Assembly (NCBI GenBank): GCA_963762055.1
Contig: CAVXJF010000017.1
Span: forward strand, 528,149-592,148
Reading direction: 5' to 3'
Length of the DNA: 64,000 bases
Source: Vicinamibacterales bacterium
GTDB taxonomy: Bacteria; Acidobacteriota; Vicinamibacteria; Vicinamibacterales; JAMQPK01
Below the pieces are notes generated by a model. The model made no database searches. It was not told the DNA's origin and was given only the letters and a program-made list of their open reading frames with translations. Shown here piece by piece: positions 1 through 8,984 of this stretch. Each line of letters begins with the position of its first letter. Position 1 is the first letter of the stretch. The translations under genes were made by a program, and so were the position numbers.

Positions 1-1
1 G

Positions 2-316
2 GCGACCATCATCACGTCAATGCCGCCACGGGTCATGACCGAAAAAGAAGTGCAGGCGACCACATCGACCGCAGCCGCTGCTGCAAAGGCACCTGCGGGA
101 GCCTCGTCGGCCTCGTCGCAGGCCGCGTCGAAGAGCATGTCGGCATCTGGTTCTGGTTCGTCATCGGCGGCACCCCAGGCACAGAGCGGGACGGCCACGA
201 CTCTGCCGAAGACCGCGACGTCATGGCCGCTCTTCGCACTCGTCAGTGTGTTGTCGCTCGCGCTCGGGCTCGCGCTGACTATCGCGCGCCGCCGTTCGTA
301 TGGCGAGGGCCACTAA
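2..316 (+). CDS. 3-prime end of a surface protein entering from upstream of the window; Ala/Ser/Gly-rich stalk then an LPKTAT + hydrophobic helix + RRR sorting-signal-like tail
   Basis: The frame is open back to position 2. The C-terminus ...TTLPKTATSWPLFALVSVLSLALGLALTIARRRSYGEGH has the tripartite layout of sortase substrates. Confidence 0.5.
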   Translation, partial: ATIITSMPPRVMTEKEVQATTSTAAAAAKAPAGASSASSQAASKSMSASGSGSSSAAPQAQSGTATTLPKTATSWPLFALVSVLSLALGLALTIARRRSYGEGH

Positions 317-917
317 TGCGATAGCTGCCTTAGGCATCAGCTTCGTCGCGTTCGCTGCGCCCCTCCGCGCACAGGGCGTCGAGCTGATGCCGTTTGGCGG
401 ATATCGTTTCGGTGGGGATTTTTTCGAGCTCGTCGCCGAGCACCCTGTCGATCTCGACGGCTCGCCCGCGCTGGGCTTCGTACTCAACGTGCCACTGTAC
501 GATGGACTTCAGGTGGAAGCGCTGGTCACCCGCCAAAGCGCTCACGTATCGATTCCGGCGGGGCCCCTGGATCGCGCGACGCTCAGGCACATCACCGTCG
601 ATCACGTGCAGGGCGGTGGGCTGCGCGAGTTTTTAAGCGGGCGGGTGCGGCCGTTTCTGACCGGTGTGCTCGGCCTCACGCGCTACGCCGCAGAAGGCGA
701 CAGCGAGATCCGATTCACGACGGGCGCCGGTGGCGGCGTCAAACTCTTCCCGACTTCACATTTCGGAGTGCGCCTCGATAGCCGCCTGTATGCGACCTTC
801 GTGGATGCCGATATGAGGTTCCTTGCCTGCACGCCAGGCACGTGCATCTCCAGCGTCAACGTTGACGTCGTGTGGCAGGCCGAGTTCTCGGCGGGGCTCA
901 TCGTCCGGCTACGGTGA
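300..917 (+). CDS. small outer-membrane beta-barrel protein
   Basis: Signal peptide MARATNAIAALGISFVAFAAPLRAQG. Alternating amphipathic beta-strand pattern with Gly/aromatic-rich strands. Confidence 0.6.
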   Translation: MARATNAIAALGISFVAFAAPLRAQGVELMPFGGYRFGGDFFELVAEHPVDLDGSPALGFVLNVPLYDGLQVEALVTRQSAHVSIPAGPLDRATLRHITVDHVQGGGLREFLSGRVRPFLTGVLGLTRYAAEGDSEIRFTTGAGGGVKLFPTSHFGVRLDSRLYATFVDADMRFLACTPGTCISSVNVDVVWQAEFSAGLIVRLR

Positions 918-921
918 ACAC

Positions 922-1941
922 ATGCTCTCGATGATCAAACGAGTCACGGCGTTCGGCGTTCTTCTGTTGCTTGCGACCTCCTCCGCCGCGTTGGCGCAAA
1001 CCGACACCGTCACCACGACGACCGGCGAGACGATTACGGGCGAGATCATTAGTGTGGAGAAAGACGTCCTGACCATCTCCACCGCGTATTCGGACTCCGA
1101 TTTCAAGATCGAGTGGGACCAGGTCGCATCGATCAACAGCCCTCGTCAATTCCTGATCGAGACGTTCGACGGGCGGCGTGTGCCTGGCTCGTTGACGGCC
1201 GATGTGGGAAATAAGGCTGTCCAGGTCGGAGGAGTCGCCGTCGTTCTCGCCGACATCTCGGTGATCCAGCCGTTCGAGCGATCGTTCTGGTCGAGGTTCG
1301 AGACGGCGTTCGACTTCGGCTACAGCATGACGCAAGCGAACGAGGCCAAGCAGCTCACCATTGGCGGCAACCTTCTGTACAGGGACGAACACGTGGTCGA
1401 TACCGTCGTCGGTAACGTGTTCAAGAGCTCGCAGTCGAACGCGCCCGAAACACAGCGTTGGAATCTGGGGAATGACTTCCGGTATCTCCTGGGCGATCGC
1501 TGGTACGCCAATACCATGCAGGACTTCCTGAACAGCGACGAACAGAGCCTTGACCTTCGCACGACGATCGGCGGTGGCGGCGGGCGGTATTTGCTTCGTT
1601 CGGCGTCGCAGTACCTCGCCCTGGGGGGCGGCGTGGCATGGACCAGAGAGGACTATACGGACCCGGAAATCGCGACGAAGGACTCTGGCGAGGCATACAT
1701 CGGAACGGAGTTCATGACCGAGAAGCTGAAAATCTTCGACCTGGTCACGCGATTCAACTTTTACCCCAGCCTGACAATCGACGACCGCTACCGAATCAAC
1801 TACACGTTCGACATTGACTTCAATCTCCCCGGTGACTGGTATATCAGAGTGAGTCTCTTCGAGAACTTCGACAGCGAGCCGCCACCCGACCTGTCGAAGA
1901 ACGACTGGGGATGGTCGAACGCCTTCGGCTTCAAGTTCTGA
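922..1941 (+). CDS. DUF481-like outer-membrane beta-barrel protein
   Basis: The internal ATG at 922 gives signal peptide MLSMIKRVTAFGVLLLLATSSAALAQ. The body has repeated beta-strands and ends ...GWSNAFGFKF (terminal aromatic), as in the YdiY/DUF481 family. Confidence 0.65.
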   Translation: MLSMIKRVTAFGVLLLLATSSAALAQTDTVTTTTGETITGEIISVEKDVLTISTAYSDSDFKIEWDQVASINSPRQFLIETFDGRRVPGSLTADVGNKAVQVGGVAVVLADISVIQPFERSFWSRFETAFDFGYSMTQANEAKQLTIGGNLLYRDEHVVDTVVGNVFKSSQSNAPETQRWNLGNDFRYLLGDRWYANTMQDFLNSDEQSLDLRTTIGGGGGRYLLRSASQYLALGGGVAWTREDYTDPEIATKDSGEAYIGTEFMTEKLKIFDLVTRFNFYPSLTIDDRYRINYTFDIDFNLPGDWYIRVSLFENFDSEPPPDLSKNDWGWSNAFGFKF

Positions 1942-2635
1942 CGCTGCGACTTCCTTTCCGGCTGTCGGCCTCGAGCCCTGTCGCAGACGCAAGCCGCGAG
2001 AGATAGATGGAGCGTGAGACATCGATCACGCCAAGCGATGCCAGATGCTCGCTGTTCCACTGCACGTCGAGCAGCGTCATGCCGCTCGACCGCATCAGAT
2101 CGACCAGTGCCATCAGCGCAACCTTGGACGCGTCGCGTTCGAGGTGAAACATCGATTCCCCGGCGAACATGCCCCCGATCCGCACGCCGTACAAACCTCC
2201 GGCGAGCTGGCCGCTGCGATTGAACACCTCCACGCTGTGCGCCCAGCCGAGCTCATGCAGGCGCGTGTAGACATCGATGAACTCCCCGGTGATCCAGCTG
2301 TCCCCACGCGACGGATCGCCGCAACTGCTCATCACGCGCGCAAAGCAGGTATCGACGCGAACGTCGAACTTCTTCGCGCTCTGCCGCATCGAACGCGTCA
2401 CGCGAAGCCCGTCGAGCGGCAGAATGCCGCGGGGATTCGGCGACCACCAGGCGAGGAGGCCAGACAACTCCGGGAGCCCCATGGGGAACACTCCGCGCCG
2501 GTAGGCATCAATGACGGTGGCGGGCGTGAGATCGGCGCCGAGATCGACGAGATCCGTCTCGGGCCACGCTGAAGGGGGTGGAAACCGCCAGGGGCTCTTC
2601 CCCACGGGGCGCGGCGGCGCATCCCAACTCGTCAT
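1931..2635 (-). CDS. aat: leucyl/phenylalanyl-tRNA--protein transferase
   Basis: Family-typical blocks YRRGVFPM, WWSPNPRGILP, GGLYGVRIGGMFAGESMF and LLDVQW over a 234-aa length. Confidence 0.9.
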   Translation of the reverse strand: MTSWDAPPRPVGKSPWRFPPPSAWPETDLVDLGADLTPATVIDAYRRGVFPMGLPELSGLLAWWSPNPRGILPLDGLRVTRSMRQSAKKFDVRVDTCFARVMSSCGDPSRGDSWITGEFIDVYTRLHELGWAHSVEVFNRSGQLAGGLYGVRIGGMFAGESMFHLERDASKVALMALVDLMRSSGMTLLDVQWNSEHLASLGVIDVSRSIYLSRLASATGLEADSRKGSRSVRT

Positions 2636-2658
2636 GAGCCGATCTTATCCTCGCCTGA

Positions 2659-5151
2659 ATGAACTTTAGGGCCCTCAGCTCCGTCTCTTGGGGCACCGTG
2701 CGCGAGAAGGTGCGGATTCAACTGGACAGCGCCGCCCGAGACATCCGATACACCTGGCGGCTGTTCCTCCGGGCGCCCCTCGTGGCCCTGACCATCGTGA
2801 CGACCGTCGGGCTCGGCCTGGGCCTGGTCGCTTGCGTCTTCACCATCCTCAACGCGCAGATCTTTCAGGTGGATGAGGTGCGCGCGCCGCACGAACTGTT
2901 CGCGGTCGAACGTCAAAAATCCGCCAACGCGCTGCAGGAAACCTACACGCGCCCGCAGTATGAAGCGCTCCTCCGCGAGACGAGCGTGTTCTCCGATGCA
3001 TTTGCAAGCGAGGACGGCGAGGCCTTGATCGAAGGCCGCAGGATGGAGGGCCCGCTCGTCACGGGGAACTTCTTCCACGTCCTCGGCGTCAGCGCTGCGC
3101 TCGGGCGCACGCTCACACCGTCGGACGACCAGCCAGGGCGTCCTCCGGTCATCGTCCTCAGCCACCGGACCTGGTCCCGGCATTTCGCTGCCGATCCGGG
3201 CGTGATCAATCGCACAATCCGGATAAACGCAGCGACATTTCACGTCGTCGGGGTGATGCCGGAGGACTTTCGTGGACTCATGTGGATCGCCCCGGAGTTC
3301 TGGGCGCCGCTTTCCGTCGCCGACGACTTCCGCGCCGGCGCGAGAAGTGAAGGCTCCAGCGGCCTGCGAATCGTGGGGCGGCTCAGGCCCGGTATCTCGC
3401 GCGAGCAGGCGGTCGCGGAGCTCCGCGCGTGGGATGCGCGGCGCGCTGCTGAACGTTCTGCCGAGCGGCTCCCTGCGAGCATCGTGCTCGAACCGAGCAC
3501 GGGCACGATCCCGCTCACACCAGAAGCATTGCTGCCGTTCACACCGCTCTTTTTCGCGTTCGGCCTCATCCTGATCATCGGCTGCGCGAATGTCGCCAAC
3601 CTGCTGCTCGCACGTGGCGTTGCGCGTCAGCGAGAGATTGGGATCCGCATGGCGATTGGCGCATCGCGGCGCCGGGTCATCGCGCAACTGCTCATCGAAA
3701 GCCTCGTGCTCGCCCTGACATCTGCTCTGCTCGGCTTCGGTGTATCGCGGTTCGTGCTCGCCGCCGTTGTCTACACGGTGACGAGCACCTTCCCGACGGA
3801 TATCGGCCACATCAATATCGCCGCACCGCCGGCAGACTGGCGCGTCGCGCTGTTCCTGGTGGCCGGCGCGATGATGTCGACGATCTTCTTCGCGCTCGCA
3901 CCGGCGCTTCACGCCACGCGCGTGGAGCTGGTGCGGGCGATTCGCGGCGAGGTCGTGCGGGATGCCCGTCCGGGCCGGGCCCGGGATGCGCTCGTCGTGC
4001 TGCAGGTGACGGGATCGGTGCTGCTTCTCATCTGCGCGGCTATTTTCCTCCGCAGCTCCTGGGCCGCAGCGACGGTCGATCCCGGCTTCCGCATTGCCGG
4101 CATCGTCAATGTCAACATTCTGAACGAGCAGCGGCGCGGCACAATTCTCGAAATGGTGAAGAGTGATCCCGCGGTCGCCTCTGTTGCGGCGTCATGGCCG
4201 ACCTTTCTGGGCGTCCTGGGTTCTCGCCCCGCATTTGCCGAAGGCGCGAGCGGCAAATCGACTGTCACCTATCAGTTCGTCTCGCCGGAATACTTTGACG
4301 TCCTCGACATCGATCTCGTGCGCGGCCGCGGCTTCACCCAGGCGGAGCGTAACGTAAGCTCTGCCGTGGCGGTCGTATCCGAAAGTGTGGCGCGTGAGCT
4401 GTGGCCGGGCGCCGACGCCGTCGGGCAAGTCCTTCGGCTCGAATCGGACGCCGAACGGGATACGCGGGGGCCGGAAGACCCGCCGCCGATCTCCCGCAAC
4501 CTCGTCGTCATCGGCATCGCACGAGATGTGCCGGGCTTTCGAATGGGGGGCTACAGGATGCCGGGCGCAGGTGCGTACGTGCCGATTAGCCCAGAGGCTG
4601 GCAAGACGTCGCTCACGATGCGCGTTCATGGCGAAGCGGAGCGCACGCGCCGCGCGCTCGTCGATCGGCTGACAGCGATCGATCCGAACATGGGGCAGGT
4701 CTCCACGCTGCAGACCATCGCAAGCGGAGAGGCGTATCTTCTGGCGGTTCCGTTCTGGTTGACGCTGGTACTCGGAGCGCTGGCGCTGCTGCTGACGTTG
4801 TCGGGGCTGTTCAGCGTGCTCTCATACCTCGTCGAGCGGCGTACCAGGGAGATCGGTGTGCGCATGGCGCTTGGCGCGACCCCCCGCAGCGTTGCCTCTC
4901 TCGTGCTGTTACAGTCGGCTCGTCCCGTCGGCTTCGGGCTGCTCCTCGGCGGCAGCTTCACCGCCGCGCTCGGCGGCGTGCTCCTCGCGACGCCCGCAGC
5001 CGAGCAGATTGGATCGACCGTGCGTCTCTTCGATCCAGTCGCCTACGCCGCGGGCGTGTTCTGGATTGTCGCAACGTGCACGTGTGCAGCGCTCGTTCCG
5101 GCGCTGCGCGCAGCGCGGATCAATCCGGTCGCCGCGCTCAGGCAGGATTGA
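2659..5151 (+). CDS. ADOP-family duplicated MacB/FtsX-type ABC transporter permease
   Basis: 830 aa. N-terminal DIRYTWRLFLRAP + TM, a large periplasmic domain, then two FtsX-like 4-TM modules (GIRMAIGASRRRV..., GVRMALGATPRSV...). Confidence 0.85.
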   Translation: MNFRALSSVSWGTVREKVRIQLDSAARDIRYTWRLFLRAPLVALTIVTTVGLGLGLVACVFTILNAQIFQVDEVRAPHELFAVERQKSANALQETYTRPQYEALLRETSVFSDAFASEDGEALIEGRRMEGPLVTGNFFHVLGVSAALGRTLTPSDDQPGRPPVIVLSHRTWSRHFAADPGVINRTIRINAATFHVVGVMPEDFRGLMWIAPEFWAPLSVADDFRAGARSEGSSGLRIVGRLRPGISREQAVAELRAWDARRAAERSAERLPASIVLEPSTGTIPLTPEALLPFTPLFFAFGLILIIGCANVANLLLARGVARQREIGIRMAIGASRRRVIAQLLIESLVLALTSALLGFGVSRFVLAAVVYTVTSTFPTDIGHINIAAPPADWRVALFLVAGAMMSTIFFALAPALHATRVELVRAIRGEVVRDARPGRARDALVVLQVTGSVLLLICAAIFLRSSWAAATVDPGFRIAGIVNVNILNEQRRGTILEMVKSDPAVASVAASWPTFLGVLGSRPAFAEGASGKSTVTYQFVSPEYFDVLDIDLVRGRGFTQAERNVSSAVAVVSESVARELWPGADAVGQVLRLESDAERDTRGPEDPPPISRNLVVIGIARDVPGFRMGGYRMPGAGAYVPISPEAGKTSLTMRVHGEAERTRRALVDRLTAIDPNMGQVSTLQTIASGEAYLLAVPFWLTLVLGALALLLTLSGLFSVLSYLVERRTREIGVRMALGATPRSVASLVLLQSARPVGFGLLLGGSFTAALGGVLLATPAAEQIGSTVRLFDPVAYAAGVFWIVATCTCAALVPALRAARINPVAALRQD

Positions 5152-5159
5152 TCTGAGCC

Positions 5160-6393
5160 CTACTTCGGGGTAACGCGGAACAGCCCGCCTGGATTGGCGT
5201 CCTCGACCATCCATAACGCGCCGTCCGGAGCAACCTCTACGTCGCGAATGCGGTGCCCCACCTCCCAGCGTTCGGCAGGCGTCGCTCCGCCCTTGCCGTC
5301 GAACGTGATGCGGTTGAGCGTCTGGCGTTTCCATTCCGCCGACGAGAGCCGAGCCTTTCCACTGCGGAAACATCGCACCGTTGTAGAACATGAGATTGCC
5401 GGGCCCGATGATCGGCGTCCAATAGATCACCGGCTTGGTGAGATCCGGCCTGGTATCCGGATGTGGAATGGGCACGCGGTTGTAGTTGGTGGCGTAAGAC
5501 ACGAGCGGCCAGCCGTAGTTCTTTCCGGGCTCGATCAGGTTCAGCTCGTCGCCGCCTCTCGGGCCGTGCTCAATCTCCCATAGCCGGCCGTCGGGCGCGA
5601 ACGCCAGACCGTAAGGTGTCCGGTGACCCGTCGTCCAGGTCTCGCTCGGCGTCAGGTTTGGTTCCGGGTACGTATACGTGCTGATCACGGGCGCGGTCTT
5701 GGCCAGTTCCGTGTCGCGTGGAGGGTTGATCAGCGACATAGTCGCCGCCCCGGTCTTTCCGGCCATTGGATTGCCCGGCGCGGGCTTGCCGTCGAGCGTC
5801 AGGCGCAGGATCTTGCCAAGTGGCTGGTCCGGATCCTGTGCGGGTGTCATGCGCTGCCGGTCGCCTACGGTCAGATAAAGGTACTGCCCGTCCGGAGAAA
5901 ATGCGATCGCGGCGCCGAACTGTCCGCCTCGGCCCTTGGGCATATTTCGCCACAGCACCTGCAATCCTTCGAGGCTCGCCGTGTTCGTGCCGATGGCCAG
6001 CCGCGCCCGTGCGAGCGCCAGGCTCGATCCACCGTCGCCCGGTTCCGCATAGGTGAGGTACACGCTGTGGTCTTTTGCGTAGTGCGGCGATACGAACACG
6101 CCCAGCATGCCGCCCTGCCCTTGATGCAGGGCCGCCGGCACGTTGTCGATCGGCGTCTTCTCTCCCTGCTGAGTCACCAGCCAGACCGGCCCGACTTTTT
6201 CGGTGACGAGCATGCGGCCATCGGGCAGGAAGGCAATGCGCCAGGGCAGATTGAACGTCGCCACTTGGGTCATCGCGAAGGGCAGGCTTGGTTCCGGCTT
6301 CAGATCGCCGGCATTTATCTGTGCCTGCGCCTTGGCCGACACCAGAGTTAACAGCAGCGCCGCTCTCAGAATCGTCTTCATGCATCTCCTCAT
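5160..6393 (-). pseudogene. PQQ-dependent sugar (glucose/sorbosone) dehydrogenase, frameshifted as assembled
   Basis: Signal peptide plus the beta-propeller family blocks PWRIAFLPDGRMLVTEK, GGMLGV, HRTPYGLAF and NYGWP. The conserved C-terminus (ORF 5160..5378: ...RIRDVEVAPDGALWMVEDANPGGLFRVTPK) lies in another frame. The junction is at about 5328-5330. Confidence 0.8.
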
Positions 6394-6401
6394 ACCAGAA
6401 G

Positions 6402-7067
6402 TTAGTGTACCGCCTCGCTCTTGAGCCCAACTCGTTTCGCGATCAGTGGTCGCGCGATGTCCCAGTGCATTTCGCCGTAATACTGCTCGAAACGCGCAGC
6501 TGAGTCGTACTCGTAGCTGCGTACGTCTTTCGTGTCATGGATCGACGTTGATCCCAAAAGCTGATGCGCGAACTCATGCACGGCAGCGCGGCCGATGCCT
6601 CGGCCGATAGCCGCAACCATGGCGTCACGATCGGCGCCGGCCGGCGCAAATGTAATGGCGCTGTGCGCGATCAGGCGAAAGTTCACGGCTCCCTGCCCTC
6701 CCAGGCCCGGTATCGATCGTGACTCAGCCGAAGGACCCGGCACACGCGGAGCGCTCGGAATCCGGAGACTATCCACCACCCGAATTCGGTAAGTCGCCGT
6801 GGATGGACTCGTGAGCGTGATCTGGAATTCCCGAAATCCGTGGGCAATTTCCGCGGCCGCGATCGATTCTATCTTCCTCAGTTCTGCTGCATCAATTGGC
6901 CCGCCGAATGTCTCCGGCAGTGTCTCGAGCGTGTCATCGCTGATTGGATCGAACCAGAATGCGATCCTCGCCCCGGAGGGTTTCGACCGGAGAACCATCA
7001 GTGTTCCAGCAGCGACCGACAGCGATACCGCGAGAAGAACAGTCGCCTGGCGGGATGGTGCATGCAT
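6402..7067 (-). CDS. signal-anchored hypothetical protein with an HExxH metallopeptidase-like motif
   Basis: N-terminal hydrophobic anchor VLLAVSLSVAAGTLMVL. Motif AAVHEFAHQLLG near the C-terminus. Confidence 0.5.
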   Translation of the reverse strand: MHAPSRQATVLLAVSLSVAAGTLMVLRSKPSGARIAFWFDPISDDTLETLPETFGGPIDAAELRKIESIAAAEIAHGFREFQITLTSPSTATYRIRVVDSLRIPSAPRVPGPSAESRSIPGLGGQGAVNFRLIAHSAITFAPAGADRDAMVAAIGRGIGRAAVHEFAHQLLGSTSIHDTKDVRSYEYDSAARFEQYYGEMHWDIARPLIAKRVGLKSEAVH

Positions 7068-7099
7068 GTTGCCTCAACGCAACTACAAGTCTAGATGAG

Positions 7100-7128
7100 T
7101 TGACATACATAGAACTGCAATGTATAAC
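7100..7128 (+). promoter_or_regulatory. sigma-70-like promoter candidate for the PadR operon
   Basis: TTGACA (7100-7105), a 17-nt spacer, then TATAAC (7123-7128), ending 10 nt before the padR ATG at 7139. This sits in an AT-richer patch. Confidence 0.4.
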
Positions 7129-7138
7129 TCTTCTACGT

Positions 7139-7477
7139 ATGGACATGAACAAGGATCTGGTCGCGGCTTCGGCCACACCGCTCGTTCTCGCGATCCTTGC
7201 CGAAGGCGACAGCTACGGTTACGCGATCATCAAGCGAGTGGCCGAGCTGTCAGGCGGGCACTTGCAGTGGACCGATGGCATGCTTTATCCAGTGCTCCAC
7301 CGGCTCGAGCGCCTGGGTTATGTCGCGGCCAAGTGGTCCGCTTCCGAGAATGGCCGCAAGCGCAAGTACTACCGGATCACGAAAGAAGGCCGGGCGCAAC
7401 TCGCCGCCCAGCGGGAACAGTGGAAAGCCGTGGACGGCACCCTCAGGGGAATCTGGATGAAAGCGTGCACAGTATGA
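7139..7477 (+). CDS. PadR family transcriptional regulator
   Basis: LVLAILAEGDSYGYAIIKRV...GMLYPVLHRLERLGYV...RKYYRITKEGR is the canonical PadR winged helix. Confidence 0.9.
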   Translation: MDMNKDLVAASATPLVLAILAEGDSYGYAIIKRVAELSGGHLQWTDGMLYPVLHRLERLGYVAAKWSASENGRKRKYYRITKEGRAQLAAQREQWKAVDGTLRGIWMKACTV

Positions 7478-8877
7478 CGACGATCGCCGATCGACCGCTC
7501 GAAGAGCAAATCGCGCAGTGGCGGACGTACTTGCGCCGCCGTCAGGCTGTTCACAGTCCCGACGTGGAGGAACTGGAAGGACATCTTCGCGATCAGCTCG
7601 CGGCCCTCACCGAAGCTGGCCTCGACGGGGATGAAGCGTTCCTGGTGGCGGTCAAGCGGATGGGCAACCTCGATGCGCTGTCCCGCGAGTTCGCGCGCGA
7701 GCACTCCGAGCGGCTGTGGAAGCAGTTGGTGGTGGCGCCCGATACTGAGGTGCCGGCGAACACCTCACGCACGGAGATATTCGTCGTCCTGGGCCTTGCC
7801 ATCGCTGCGGCGTTGGCCGTCAAGCTGCCGGCGCTCTTCGGTGTTCCGCTCAGCCCTGACCAGGAAGTGCCGCCGTTGTACTTCCGGAACGCCAGTCTCT
7901 TCGTCTTTCCGCTGTTGACGATTTACCTCTTGTGGAAGCGTGGGTCGGGCGCTGCCACGGGCCTGTGGCTCGCGTTGCCGTTCGCGGCCGCCGCGGTGTT
8001 CGCCAATCTCTACCCCTTCCACAATCGAGAACAGCTCGATAACTTTCCGCAGGGCAGCGACACTCACATTCTGACCGTTTTGCACCTGCCGATCGCGTTG
8101 TGGCTGATGGCCGTCGGTGTCGCGTACGTCGGAGGCCGCTGGTTCTCCTCCGGCCGGCGCATGGACTTCGTACGGTTCTCGGGCGAACTGGCCATCTATT
8201 ACGTACTCATCGCACTCGGCGGAGGAGTCGTCACCGGCTTCACCGCCATGTTGTTCTCGGCAATCAATATGAATCCCGGGTGGTTCATCGGGGGCTGGCT
8301 GATCCCGTGCGGGGCGGCCGGCGCCCTTATCATCGGGTCCTGGCTGGTCGAGGCGAAGCAAAGCGTCATCGAGAACATGGCACCGGTGCTGACGAGGCTG
8401 TTCACACCGCTGTTCACGATTCTGCTCCTCGCGTTTTTGGCGACGATGGCGTGGACAGGCAATCCGATCGACGTGAGGCGGGATATCCTGATCGGCTTCG
8501 ATCTGCTGCTGGCCGTCGTCGTCGGCCTCGTGCTCTACGCCGCGTCCGCGCGCGACCCGCAGGCCCCGCCCGACTTCTTCGACGGCCTGCAACTGCTGCT
8601 CGTCGTCAGCGCGCTCGTGGTCGATGTGGTGGCGCTCACCGCGATCGCATCGCGGATCTCCGAGTTTGGCTTCACTCCGAATCGAGTGGCGGCTCTCGGC
8701 GAAAATCTCATCCTGCTCGTCAACCTGGCGTGGACGGCCTGGCTCTATGCGTCCTTCCTGCGTCACCGCGGCGCGTTCGCTGCCCTCGAGCGATGGCAGA
8801 TCGCTTACCTCCCCGTCTACGCCACATGGGCGGCTGTGGTGGTCGTCGTATTCCCGCTCGTGTTCGGCTATCGTTGA
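7474..8877 (+). CDS. PadR-coupled polytopic membrane protein (cytoplasmic helical N-domain + about 10 TM)
   Basis: ATGA start/stop overlap with padR. The N-terminus EEQIAQWRTYLRRRQAVHSPDVEELEGHLRDQL resembles the sensor prefix domains usually encoded after PadR. The rest is multi-TM. Confidence 0.6.
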   Translation: MTTIADRPLEEQIAQWRTYLRRRQAVHSPDVEELEGHLRDQLAALTEAGLDGDEAFLVAVKRMGNLDALSREFAREHSERLWKQLVVAPDTEVPANTSRTEIFVVLGLAIAAALAVKLPALFGVPLSPDQEVPPLYFRNASLFVFPLLTIYLLWKRGSGAATGLWLALPFAAAAVFANLYPFHNREQLDNFPQGSDTHILTVLHLPIALWLMAVGVAYVGGRWFSSGRRMDFVRFSGELAIYYVLIALGGGVVTGFTAMLFSAINMNPGWFIGGWLIPCGAAGALIIGSWLVEAKQSVIENMAPVLTRLFTPLFTILLLAFLATMAWTGNPIDVRRDILIGFDLLLAVVVGLVLYAASARDPQAPPDFFDGLQLLLVVSALVVDVVALTAIASRISEFGFTPNRVAALGENLILLVNLAWTAWLYASFLRHRGAFAALERWQIAYLPVYATWAAVVVVVFPLVFGYR

Positions 8878-8984
8878 TAGCATCCACACGCCGTCTGTTG
8901 CGGCCGACGCACTACGCAGTCGCCTCGCCTGGTCTTCTCTCCATCCGCTTTAAACGCGATAATCCCTCAACACCTGAGTGAGTT

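Noticed and set aside
898-2022. 374-aa ORF antisense to the DUF481 gene. Similar long antisense or alternate-frame ORFs occur at 2632..3912, 7765..8889, 18617..19744, 21724..22485, 27420..28487, 43405..45201, 45611..46894, 45655..47034, 50018..51067 and 57786..58748.
   Set aside because: They are Arg/Gly/Pro/Ala-rich with low-complexity composition typical of non-coding frames in GC-rich DNA. Each fully overlaps a gene on the other strand or frame that has clear family motifs.
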